From NCBI GenBank assembly GCA_902802355.1, contig CADCLU010000006.1, positions 31,759 through 95,758 of the forward strand: a DNA stretch of 64,000 nucleotides, read 5' to 3'. This document shows positions 20,416-28,651 of this stretch, piece by piece. The notes under the pieces are model-generated. The model saw only the letters and a list, made by a program, of their open reading frames with translations. It had not been told where the DNA came from and searched no databases. Within the stretch, counting starts at the first letter, position 1. Every line of letters begins with the position of its first letter. The position numbers were made by a program, and so were the translations under genes. This DNA comes from an uncultured Erysipelotrichaceae bacterium. Its GTDB lineage: Bacteria > Bacillota_I > Bacilli_A > RFN20 > CAG-826.

Positions 20416-20970
20416 TTATTTATGAAGATCTACTTTAGCGTCGCGGTTGCTGATTCTCTCGATTATCGAATCTAACAGCGCTTGTTCTTTTTTGGAGAGC
20501 ACTTGAGCCTCAAATGAGAACTCGTTCCTTCCGTGCTTTCTATAGACAAAATGGATCTTTCCCTTCTTTTCATATTTGAATTCTAGAAGGCTATCGACAG
20601 AGATCGTCACTTTCTCTTTCTTGATTTCATCGAAGAAGGTTAGTGATTCTTCCGTTATCGTTAGGCCACGGCCTTTCCAATAATGTAGGCAATCGGCAAA
20701 GAAGACGATTAAAAAATATAGCTCCCCTAACGTAGCTATTACTACGTAACCCCAAAGAATTGGGGTGCTGCTAAGAAGGTTCAGCATAAAAATTACTATC
20801 ATGCTGGCGGTGTATAGAACGCTAGCAGTATAGAAACTGTATGACTGAGTTGTTCTCCAAGGATTGTATTTCACGGGGAAATTATACCAAGAAGACAGAA
20901 ACCACGCACCCCTTCTCTCTTGTTTCGACATCTCAGGGCACATCCCTTTAAAGAGTACGCACGATAACAA
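20416..20970 (-). CDS. Membrane protein of unknown function (2-3 TM segments plus a soluble C-terminal domain); start uncertain
   Basis: 184-aa ORF. The most plausible start is MSKQERRG near 20929. I recognise no family. Confidence 0.55.
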   Translation of the reverse strand: MLSCVLFKGMCPEMSKQERRGAWFLSSWYNFPVKYNPWRTTQSYSFYTASVLYTASMIVIFMLNLLSSTPILWGYVVIATLGELYFLIVFFADCLHYWKGRGLTITEESLTFFDEIKKEKVTISVDSLLEFKYEKKGKIHFVYRKHGRNEFSFEAQVLSKKEQALLDSIIERISNRDAKVDLHK

Positions 20971-20984
20971 GAGCAGAAGAGGCT

Positions 20985-21152
20985 AAGTGGGAATCAGAGC
21001 CTAGGAACTAGGAGGTTTCTTTCGGCTCTAGCCCGCTTGCAAGCGGATACTGACAATAGTGATTGGCTATTTCAGGGAATATTCATCATGCTGCTTCTTC
21101 ACCGCATAAGCGGCGAAACCCGGCCGGGAAAAGTCAGCTTGAATCCCCCTCC
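20985..21152 (-). ncRNA. Candidate structured RNA or 5' leader, family not recognised
   Basis: The region is noncoding and GC-rich relative to other spacers. Nested helices with G-U pairs favour the minus strand: GGGGAUU/GAUUCCC, GCUGAC/GUCAGU, a 9-bp hairpin UUUCGCCGC-UUAU-GCGGUGAAG, the hairpin CCGCU-UGCA-AGCGG, and AGAGCC/GGCUCU. Confidence 0.35.
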
Positions 21153-21185
21153 AATATCTATATAGTGTCGAAACGCAGTTTTTTC

Positions 21186-21222
21186 ACAAAAAAAATAAAA
21201 AGAGCCACATTTTTATGGCTCT
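21186..21222 (-). terminator. Rho-independent terminator after the yneF-like gene
   Basis: Stem AGAGCCA / TGGCTCT, with a long U-run on the minus strand. Confidence 0.8.
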
Positions 21223-21238
21223 TAGTTTTTTAAGAAAT

Positions 21239-21463
21239 TTATTTCTTGTTGGCGGAACGCATGATGGCGCGAATCTGCTTTTCGCTTGGTTTGCGACCCA
21301 TTTGTTCGTACATCGCGCGAATCTGCTTTTCGGTGACCGTCGGGTTCTTCTCAATCTGTTTCATGATGAGATAACGAGCAAGGAAGAAGCCGATTACACC
21401 ACCGACGATGAGAACGCCAATCAAGGAAAGGACAAAAACCCAAACCTCAACCTCAACCTGCAT
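21239..21463 (-). CDS. UPF0154 (YneF-family) small membrane protein
   Basis: 74 aa with one TM segment, then NPTVTEKQIRAMYEQMGRKPSEKQIRAIM, which is typical of UPF0154. Confidence 0.8.
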   Translation of the reverse strand: MQVEVEVWVFVLSLIGVLIVGGVIGFFLARYLIMKQIEKNPTVTEKQIRAMYEQMGRKPSEKQIRAIMRSANKK

Positions 21464-21465
21464 GA

Positions 21466-22023
21466 TTAAGCTCTCTTATCGTATTTGCCGGTGACGGTGT
21501 CGACCATGACCTTTTCGCCCTTCTCAATGAAGAGAGGAACTCTGATCTTAAGGCCGGTTTCAAGGATAGCATCCTTGGATCCACCGTTGGTGACGGTGTC
21601 GCCTCTGACGCCTGGCTCACACTCGGTGATCTCAAGGGCGACTTTGGCTGGAAGTTCGATACCAAGGATTTCTTCTTCGTAGGCGTTGATGGTGACAAAG
21701 CCATTTGGAGCAAGGAATCCCATCTCGCGCTCGAGTCCGGTCTTTGGAAGCTCGACCTGCTCATAGGTATCTGGATCCATGAAGACTAAGGTGGTTCCGC
21801 CGTCGTAGAGGTACTGCATCTGTTTCTTGTCGACGCTGACAAGGGTAACGTCGTAACCGGAGTTACGGGCGAGTTCGGTGATGGCACCGGTGCGGACATT
21901 TCTAACTTTGACTTTAGCAACCATCTTTCTCATAGCGGTTTTGTTGAGAAGGATGTCGATAACTTGATAAAGGGTGTTTTCATCTTCGAAGTAGTTGCCA
22001 GGGCGTAATTCTGTAACGTTCAT
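21466..22023 (-). CDS. efp: Elongation factor P
   Basis: 185 aa containing LRPGNYF...KVKVRNVRTG...FMDPDTYEQ. Confidence 0.93.
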   Translation of the reverse strand: MNVTELRPGNYFEDENTLYQVIDILLNKTAMRKMVAKVKVRNVRTGAITELARNSGYDVTLVSVDKKQMQYLYDGGTTLVFMDPDTYEQVELPKTGLEREMGFLAPNGFVTINAYEEEILGIELPAKVALEITECEPGVRGDTVTNGGSKDAILETGLKIRVPLFIEKGEKVMVDTVTGKYDKRA

Positions 22024-22078
22024 TCTAAAATCTCCTTAAATTTGACGATGGTATTCTATACCAAGATTTGTAAACTAT

Positions 22079-22717
22079 CTACCTTTTTAGGCTCTTTAGA
22101 TACGGATTTAGACGCAATTCGTCCCCAATTGTGGTTGCTGGACCGTGCCCAGGATAGACTTTTGTCTCTGGTGGCAGGACGATCAGTTTCTTCAAGCTGC
22201 TCTCGAGGGTTCTTGGGCTTCCGGTGAGCAAATCAGTACGACCAACGCTTAGATGGAAGAGGGTGTCTCCGGAGAAGAGAACATGCTCATCTTCGAAATA
22301 GAAACAGGAGCTTCCCCTTGTGTGGAATGGGGTGTGGATGACTTTGATCCTGTATTTCCCAATGTTTAGGATATCCCCATCGATGAACAATACGGTTTTG
22401 AGTCCACGAATATAGAGGTTATCGAGGAAATCGAGCGATAAATTGTAGGCGGGTTCGACCAAGAATTCCTCTTCGAGGAGGTGGACATAGACAGGTGCTT
22501 TCATGGTGCAAAGCCTTAAGCCTTCGATATGGTCATAGTGACCGTGCGTCAAAAGGAATCCGGCAATCTGTCCGCCATGGTGTTTGTTAACGTATTTCTC
22601 GAGGAACTGATTTGGGTCTGCTCCAGGATCGACTATTATGCAAGGCTCGCCTTCTTCACCGATGACGTAGATGTTGCAAACGTAATCGTCGCCAATGTTG
22701 AACTTCTCAATTTTCAT
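22079..22717 (-). CDS. MBL-fold metallo-hydrolase (YqgX/GloB-like)
   Basis: It has the THGHYDH motif and a downstream His/Asp pattern. Its start ATG overlaps the stop of the upstream mini-ORF (ATGA). Confidence 0.8.
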   Translation of the reverse strand: MKIEKFNIGDDYVCNIYVIGEEGEPCIIVDPGADPNQFLEKYVNKHHGGQIAGFLLTHGHYDHIEGLRLCTMKAPVYVHLLEEEFLVEPAYNLSLDFLDNLYIRGLKTVLFIDGDILNIGKYRIKVIHTPFHTRGSSCFYFEDEHVLFSGDTLFHLSVGRTDLLTGSPRTLESSLKKLIVLPPETKVYPGHGPATTIGDELRLNPYLKSLKR

Positions 22718-22863
22718 AAAAAAAATAAGGCTTGAGCCTTATTTATTTGCTTCATTTTTTCCATCTTGTTAGGATGAAGCTTCTTATTGCGGTCGGTAAT
22801 ATAATTGTGCTCTCCGCATTCGGTGCAGGCAAGAATCACTTGATCACGTTTGCTGATGGCCAT
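22714..22863 (-). CDS. Unannotated 49-aa ORF, ribosomal protein L33-like with a divergent C-terminus
   Basis: The translation is MAISKRDQVILACTECGEHNYITDRNKKLHPNKMEKMKQINKAQALFFL. The N-terminal 38 aa fit the L33 signature (LACTEC..RNY.T..N....P..ME..K), but the second CxxC and the H.ETK end are absent. SD GAGGGG lies 9 nt upstream. The ORF is below the track's length cut-off. Confidence 0.55.
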   Translation of the reverse strand: MAISKRDQVILACTECGEHNYITDRNKKLHPNKMEKMKQINKAQALFFL

Positions 22864-22961
22864 AAATTGTTCCCCTCACTTTCTCGTGCGGTGCTAAGAA
22901 TATCATAGACCAGCCAATTTATCTACAATAAAACCACAAAAATGATTAAAATGTTTCATAT

Positions 22962-24008
22962 ATGAAAAGGAATGAGACGAGAAAAATCCAAATAGGCCAA
23001 ATATCAATTGGCGGAAGCGAACACGTAGTCATTCAGTCGATGTGTTCTATCAAGACATCCAAGATTGAAGAAGTCTCCGCACAGATAAACAGATGCGCTT
23101 CTTTAGGCGCTGAGCTAATGCGCTGCTCCGTCCTCGATTTCGAAGACGCCGAAGCTTTTAAAGAGATTAAGAAAAGAGTCTCCATTCCTCTCGTAGCCGA
23201 TATTCATATCGACTATCACTTAGCATTAGCGGCTTTAGATTCCGGCGTCGATGCCATCAGAATCAACCCAGGCAACATTGGAAGCGAAGAACGCGTCCAA
23301 GCCGTTGTTGAGAAAGCGAAAGAGAAACACGCCGCCATCAGGGTTGGCGTCAACGGCGGATCGCTTGATAAATCCATATATTTTGGCAAAGAGAAGATCA
23401 AGGGCGAATGGCTTTTCGAAAGCGCGAAAAAGCACGTCGCCATGTTAGAAAAATATGATTTCCATGATATCGTAATCTCCCTTAAGGGAAGCGATGTCCA
23501 GGAAACAATTGAAGCATATAAACTTGCCGCCGCTTATTTCCCATACCCATTGCATTTAGGCATCACTGAAGCCGGCCCAAAAGATATTTCTTTGATTAGG
23601 TCTGCAGCAGGCCTTACTCCACTGCTCCTTGATGGAATTGGCGACACGATAAGAATCTCTTTGAGCGAGGATCCAGAGGAAGAGGTTTTGGCTGCTTCCC
23701 GTTTACTCCACGACCTTGGCCTTAAGAAAGATTGGCCAACGTTCATTTCCTGCCCTACCTGTGGTAGAACCGCGGTTGATTTGATTCCTTTAGCCAAAAA
23801 AGTGATGAAATATCTCGAAGAGAACCACATCTACAAAACGGTTGCCGTCATGGGCTGCATCGTTAATGGTCCAGGCGAGGCGAGACACGCGGATATCGGC
23901 ATTGCCGGAGGAAGAGGAAAATGGGTCATCTTCCGCAAAGGAGAGACCATCCGCGAAGTTAAAGACGAAGACGCTTACGAAGCGTTAATCGAAGAAATCA
24001 ACCGTTAA
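22962..24008 (+). CDS. ispG: HMBPP synthase IspG
   Basis: 348 aa with TIM-barrel and 4Fe-4S parts (CPTCGRT...GCIVNGPGE). Confidence 0.92.
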   Translation: MKRNETRKIQIGQISIGGSEHVVIQSMCSIKTSKIEEVSAQINRCASLGAELMRCSVLDFEDAEAFKEIKKRVSIPLVADIHIDYHLALAALDSGVDAIRINPGNIGSEERVQAVVEKAKEKHAAIRVGVNGGSLDKSIYFGKEKIKGEWLFESAKKHVAMLEKYDFHDIVISLKGSDVQETIEAYKLAAAYFPYPLHLGITEAGPKDISLIRSAAGLTPLLLDGIGDTIRISLSEDPEEEVLAASRLLHDLGLKKDWPTFISCPTCGRTAVDLIPLAKKVMKYLEENHIYKTVAVMGCIVNGPGEARHADIGIAGGRGKWVIFRKGETIREVKDEDAYEALIEEINR

Positions 24009-25366
24009 TCTTCGTCGTCATTCATCCTGAAAGATTTATCTAATTGTTTGCGAACGCTGTTTCTAATGGCCATTCGACGGTACTTACGTTTGACCTTGTC
24101 GATGGCCTCTTTCTTTTTCTTCTTGTAGCCAGGCTCGACACCTTTTGTTCTTGAAAGAGCTTTGGCAATCTTGATGTCCTTCATCTCAGCCTCAGGGAGC
24201 TCTTTCTTCTTGGTCATCTTGCGTTTCTCGCTTGGACCAAGGGTCTCTTTCTTGAGTTCATCTCCTTTCAAGGAGAAATAGTCGAATTTGACGCCTTCTT
24301 TCTGAAGGGCTATTGGTCCGCTTACCGTATCAGCGTTAAAGAAAACCCAGGAATCCCCTGCTTTTCCGAAACGTCCAGTACGGCCGGCGCGATGATGATA
24401 GAACTCCAAATCGTTTGGAAGGTCGATTGAAATAACGTCGCTGACGTCTGGGATATCAAGGCCGCGTGAAAGGATGTCACTAGCCACGATGATGCTGCAT
24501 GTGTTGCTCTTAATCTGACGAAGAGCTTTCTTTCTTGAACGATCATCAAGAGAGCCTGTGAAATAGATGGTTTCAAAACCATTCTCTTTAAGAGATTTGT
24601 TAATGGTATTAACCTTTTCAACCGTCGAAGCAAAGATAATAGCAAGATATGGCTTCCTTATTTTAAGGAAGGAAAGCAAGGCGGCGCTTTCACCAATATG
24701 CTTGATGTCGATGAGGTGATGTTTAACGCTCGAAGCCGTCTGGATGTTGTCGTTTTCGAACTCAAAGTCGCTTCTCACGAACTTGAGTAATTCATCCTTG
24801 AGATTCTGCTTAAGAGTCGCTGAGAAAACCATGGTCTGCGGCTCATCTAAATTAGCGAAGATTTCTTCGATATCGCCGAAGAATCCCATGTCTAAAAGCA
24901 TATCCGCTTCATCAAGGACGGCACACTTGAGATTTCCTAGGAAGAATATATGTTTAGTGATTAAAAGGTCTTTTAATCTGCCTGGGGTTCCGATGATCAG
25001 CTGAGGAGGAACGCTCTTGCCTTCGACATTGTCGCTAACGTCGCTTTCCGATGTGTAGAGACGAACTTTGAATTTAGGGAAGAAGCGGGTGAATTCAAAA
25101 GCGAATTCATAGGTTTGCCTAGCAAGTTCCCTTGTTGGGGAAATGACGATGGCCTGTGGCCTATTAAGATTGAAATCAATCTTTTCGATAAGAGGAATAA
25201 GGAAAGCGTGGGTCTTTCCACTGCCGGTCTCACTCTGGGCAAGCAAAGATGTTCCGCGAAGGGCCTTAGGGATAACGGCCTTCTGAACAGGAGATGGATC
25301 TATATAGCCTAGTTTGTTTAAGGCGTTTGTCAGTTGTGATGAGAGGTTGAACGATTTGAAACTCAT
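24005..25366 (-). CDS. DEAD-box ATP-dependent RNA helicase (CshB-like), basic C-terminal tail
   Basis: It has the Q motif, SETGSGKTHAF, DEAD (LDEADMLLD), SAT and HRAGRTGR. Confidence 0.88.
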   Translation of the reverse strand: MSFKSFNLSSQLTNALNKLGYIDPSPVQKAVIPKALRGTSLLAQSETGSGKTHAFLIPLIEKIDFNLNRPQAIVISPTRELARQTYEFAFEFTRFFPKFKVRLYTSESDVSDNVEGKSVPPQLIIGTPGRLKDLLITKHIFFLGNLKCAVLDEADMLLDMGFFGDIEEIFANLDEPQTMVFSATLKQNLKDELLKFVRSDFEFENDNIQTASSVKHHLIDIKHIGESAALLSFLKIRKPYLAIIFASTVEKVNTINKSLKENGFETIYFTGSLDDRSRKKALRQIKSNTCSIIVASDILSRGLDIPDVSDVISIDLPNDLEFYHHRAGRTGRFGKAGDSWVFFNADTVSGPIALQKEGVKFDYFSLKGDELKKETLGPSEKRKMTKKKELPEAEMKDIKIAKALSRTKGVEPGYKKKKKEAIDKVKRKYRRMAIRNSVRKQLDKSFRMNDDED

Positions 25367-25428
25367 AATGAGTTTATTATAGAGGAAGTTCCTTTTATTC
25401 GCATCATCTACGAGTAATAATTAAGACC

Positions 25429-26301
25429 ATGAAGGTTTCAGTAATAAATCCCCATGGGTTCTGTGCGGGAGTCCAAATGGCTCTCGACTGCGCTTACAAA
25501 GCGAAAGAAGAACACTCAGATGAGAAAATTTACATACTCGGAAACTTGGTTCACAACGAAAGAGTCATCGGCGACCTTGAGAATGATGGTTTTATCATCC
25601 TTGATGAACGCAAAAAGTCCCTTTCAGAATGGATAAAAACCCTCGAAAAGGGCGATGTTGTCGTGTTTTCAGCACATGGACACGATCCTCATCTAGATAT
25701 AGAGGCCAAAGAAAAAGGCTTAGTCGTTTATGACGCGACTTGCCCATTTGTCAAAGCCAATTCAATCCTTATCAAAAAGAGAATCTCTGAGAATGGCGAG
25801 GTCATTTTCATCGGACAAGCCGGTCATGCAGAAACTGTTGGCACACTAAAGATCGATGAAGCCAAAATTCATCTCTATGAACCTGGAAAACAATTCGATT
25901 TCAGTGCAATTCAGGTCAAAAATCCGCTTTTAGTCTCACAAACAACAATGGGAACGGATGAAATGAAAGAGTCAGTTTCCTTACTAAAAGACCATTTCGC
26001 TGAAATCGATATCGCAGCCAGGGTTTGCGATGCTACCGATAAGAGACAAAGCGCTATTTGTACTGCCCCAAACGACGTAGATCTTTATGTGGTCATGGGT
26101 TCTTCGACCAGCAACAACACCATGAAACTGCTTGGGCTTGCCAAGATCAAATATCCAAAGGCAAAAGTTATCAGATGCCTTGATCTGGACGAAATCCGCA
26201 AGATGGAATTAAGAGGTTTCAAAAACGCCGCTTTGATTAGCGGAGCATCGACTGGATTAAGGGAACTCGAAGAAGTTAAGGCCTACCTCGAAAGCTTATA
26301 A
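25429..26301 (+). CDS. ispH: HMBPP reductase IspH
   Basis: 290 aa with GFCAGV, the Cys ligand contexts and SSNT-like SSTSNNT. Confidence 0.9.
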   Translation: MKVSVINPHGFCAGVQMALDCAYKAKEEHSDEKIYILGNLVHNERVIGDLENDGFIILDERKKSLSEWIKTLEKGDVVVFSAHGHDPHLDIEAKEKGLVVYDATCPFVKANSILIKKRISENGEVIFIGQAGHAETVGTLKIDEAKIHLYEPGKQFDFSAIQVKNPLLVSQTTMGTDEMKESVSLLKDHFAEIDIAARVCDATDKRQSAICTAPNDVDLYVVMGSSTSNNTMKLLGLAKIKYPKAKVIRCLDLDEIRKMELRGFKNAALISGASTGLRELEEVKAYLESL

Positions 26302-26454
26302 AGAACCTGGATATATCAAGGGTTTATTACAAAATACCATTAGTTTGATAATAGTTTAAAATTAGTACTTTGGAACATTTTTCATTAGCGATAATAACTA
26401 ATCTGTTTAGTTAAATGTAATGAAAGTCTAATAAATGATGAAATGTGCTATTTT

Positions 26455-28632
26455 CTAGTGTTTCAATAGGGTTTTGATCTCGCTGATCTCAACCCCTAAC
26501 TCCCCTGCTTTCGGGGAATCTGCTGATAATGAGCTTCTTATCTTCTCAAGAATCTGCAATTGTTTCTCGTAATATTGTTTCCAAGCCTTGTTTGGGTGCT
26601 TTACGTTGAAATACCCATACTTCTTCTCAAGCGGAGAGTAATTGGGTTCCTTTTCGGACTTCTTCCACCGCATTATGTCGTATGGTTTACCTTTGTCGAT
26701 GAGGAAATGACCCTTTTCAATTTCATAACCTAGTGAAATCAGGGTTTCATAGACGATATCTAGATCAGTATGCGCATCAATAACGATATATTGGACATTC
26801 TCTAATCTTTCTTTATGGCTAGTCAAAATTTCGGAAATTAGCCTTCCACCCATACCGGCTAGTACAACCGTATCGCAACGCGGATCGAGTTTTTCGATTC
26901 CGTTACTCAAGGAATAAGAGATCTTATCCTCTAGCCCCGCATCCTTGATTGCCTTAACCATTCGACTATAAGGCCCTTCTTTGTTATCGACTGCAAACGC
27001 ACCTTCTATGAGGTTTTGCTCGCAAAGGAAAATCGGAAGCAAACAATGGTCGCTTCCGATATCCGCGATGAAAGAGCCTGGAACGATGAATTCCGCTAAC
27101 TTTAAGAGTCTGTTAGAATAGGCGTCTTGATAATCGCCGAGTCTCTTGGCTCTCGTTGGATGGCGGAGCTTTCTGATGGCTTTGGCCTCAATCTGGCGGA
27201 TACGCTCACGAGTGACGCCGAATTCTTTTCCGACTTCCTCAAGGGTCCTTGGACGGTTGTCATCGAGACCATAACGAAGCCTGAGAACTCTTTCCTCACG
27301 ATCGGTCAAATCGTGCATGATTTCGTATAATTCATCCTTCAAAAGGGACTTTGTGGTGAACTCTTCTGGGGATTGAACCTCTTTATCCTCGATGAAATCG
27401 CCAAGGTGGGAATCGTCTTCCTCGCCGATTGGGGTTTCAAGGGAAACAGGTTCTAAGGCGATGCGCTGAATCTCACGGATTCTCTCTGGGGTGAGAGCGC
27501 CTTCCATCTTCTTACTGATTTCCTCTGGTGTTGGATCTCTGCCAAGCTCTTGGACAAGCTGGCGCTGAACCCTGGTCATCTTGTTGATGGTTTCGACCAT
27601 GTGTACTGGGATACGGATGGTTCTAGCCTGGTCAGCAATAGCACGGGTGATGGCCTGACGGATCCACCAAGTTGCATAGGTTGAGAACTTGAAACCTTTG
27701 GTGTAATCGAATTTTTCGACAGCCTTGATGAGACCCATATTGCCTTCCTGAATCAAATCAAGGAAGTGCATTCCACGGCCGACATAGTGTTTGGCGATGG
27801 CGATGACAAGACGGAGGTTGGCGGTAATCAAACGGTTCTTCGCGGTGATGCCTTCGTCAGCTTCGTATTTAAGGCCTCTCAAATCAGCTTCAAGCTTACG
27901 GGACTCCATATCATAGTTAAGGCCTTCGCCTTCGCATTTCTCTTTGAGAGCAGCGAGCTCTTCGTCTTTATGGCCGATGCGCTTATCGTATTGTTCCTTG
28001 GCGGCCTCACCACGTTTGATAGTCTCAGCAAGTTCGGTTTCCTCTTTGGCGGTAAGCAAGCGGACTTTGCCGATCTCTTTGAGGTACATCTTGACGGAGT
28101 CGTTGACTTTAACATCGCCAGATTGGACTCTGGCGAACTCGTCAATCGCGCTGTCATCGATGTTTGCGATCTCTTGGTCGGCTTCATCGATATCTTCGTC
28201 GATGATTTCTTCTTCAGCCTCACGGTTGGCCTTCTCAAGGTCATCCAAGGATGGGCCGATATCATCGGATCCGGCTTCTTCTTCGTCGGTAATGACTTTG
28301 ATTTTGTTTTCGTTGAAGAAAGAGATAAGGGTTTCGAGGTCGTTCTCGCTGATATCTTGTTTGGCGGCGACGTCCATAAGTTCCTCTTGGCTGATGGAAC
28401 CACTGGATTTGGCCTTCTTCATGAATTGCTTCTTGATGGCCTCTAAAGCTTTCTCGACGCTAGAATCTTCGTTGTCGTCGATATCGACATCGTTAAAGCC
28501 GGTGTCAAAAGACTCGAAAAGGTCATCATCGGCCTTCTTTTTGCTGGCTTTCTTGGCTGGTTTGTCTTCTTTCTTAGCCTTTTTCGCCTTCTTGGTTTCT
28601 TCGGCGACTTCTTTGTTTTCTTTCTTTGGCAT
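26455..28632 (-). CDS. sigA: In-frame fusion: primary sigma factor SigA/RpoD + tRNA (adenine22-N1)-methyltransferase TrmK
   Basis: Sigma-70 regions 1.2 to 4.2 are complete ([42 protein letters not shown]). With no stop codon, the ORF continues after RLGDYQDAY into a TrmK fold ([20 protein letters not shown]). Confidence 0.85.
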   Translation of the reverse strand: MPKKENKEVAEETKKAKKAKKEDKPAKKASKKKADDDLFESFDTGFNDVDIDDNEDSSVEKALEAIKKQFMKKAKSSGSISQEELMDVAAKQDISENDLETLISFFNENKIKVITDEEEAGSDDIGPSLDDLEKANREAEEEIIDEDIDEADQEIANIDDSAIDEFARVQSGDVKVNDSVKMYLKEIGKVRLLTAKEETELAETIKRGEAAKEQYDKRIGHKDEELAALKEKCEGEGLNYDMESRKLEADLRGLKYEADEGITAKNRLITANLRLVIAIAKHYVGRGMHFLDLIQEGNMGLIKAVEKFDYTKGFKFSTYATWWIRQAITRAIADQARTIRIPVHMVETINKMTRVQRQLVQELGRDPTPEEISKKMEGALTPERIREIQRIALEPVSLETPIGEEDDSHLGDFIEDKEVQSPEEFTTKSLLKDELYEIMHDLTDREERVLRLRYGLDDNRPRTLEEVGKEFGVTRERIRQIEAKAIRKLRHPTRAKRLGDYQDAYSNRLLKLAEFIVPGSFIADIGSDHCLLPIFLCEQNLIEGAFAVDNKEGPYSRMVKAIKDAGLEDKISYSLSNGIEKLDPRCDTVVLAGMGGRLISEILTSHKERLENVQYIVIDAHTDLDIVYETLISLGYEIEKGHFLIDKGKPYDIMRWKKSEKEPNYSPLEKKYGYFNVKHPNKAWKQYYEKQLQILEKIRSSLSADSPKAGELGVEISEIKTLLKH

Positions 28633-28651
28633 GGGTCTTTCTTCCTTTCTC

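Noticed and set aside
21075-21095. Hammerhead ribozyme-like or box C/D-like motifs (AUGAUGA ... CUGA) in the candidate RNA.
   Set aside because: The core is CAUGAUGA, not CUGAUGA, and no three-stem hammerhead arrangement can be drawn. A kink-turn remains possible but cannot be shown from one sequence.
21060-21125. Possible SRP RNA. The minus strand contains GAAGAAGCAGCAUGAUGAA, which resembles the SRP helix-8 3' strand GGAAGCAGCAUUAAGUGAA of Bacillus scRNA.
   Set aside because: The partner 5' strand (GUCAGGUCC with a GNRA loop) is absent. The segment instead forms a perfect 9-bp hairpin with a UUAU loop and none of the conserved internal loops.
24005-24008. Convergent 4-nt overlap of the ispG and helicase stop codons, and the abutting GT2 and GT4 stops at 36607/36608, considered as possible regulatory antisense arrangements.
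   Set aside because: This is more simply explained by genome compaction. There is no structure or motif at either junction.
26302-26454. AT-rich 153-bp convergent spacer between ispH and sigA-trmK, checked for terminators or a small RNA.
   Set aside because: I could not find a stable hairpin, T-run pair or ORF. It is probably a plain AT-rich spacer.
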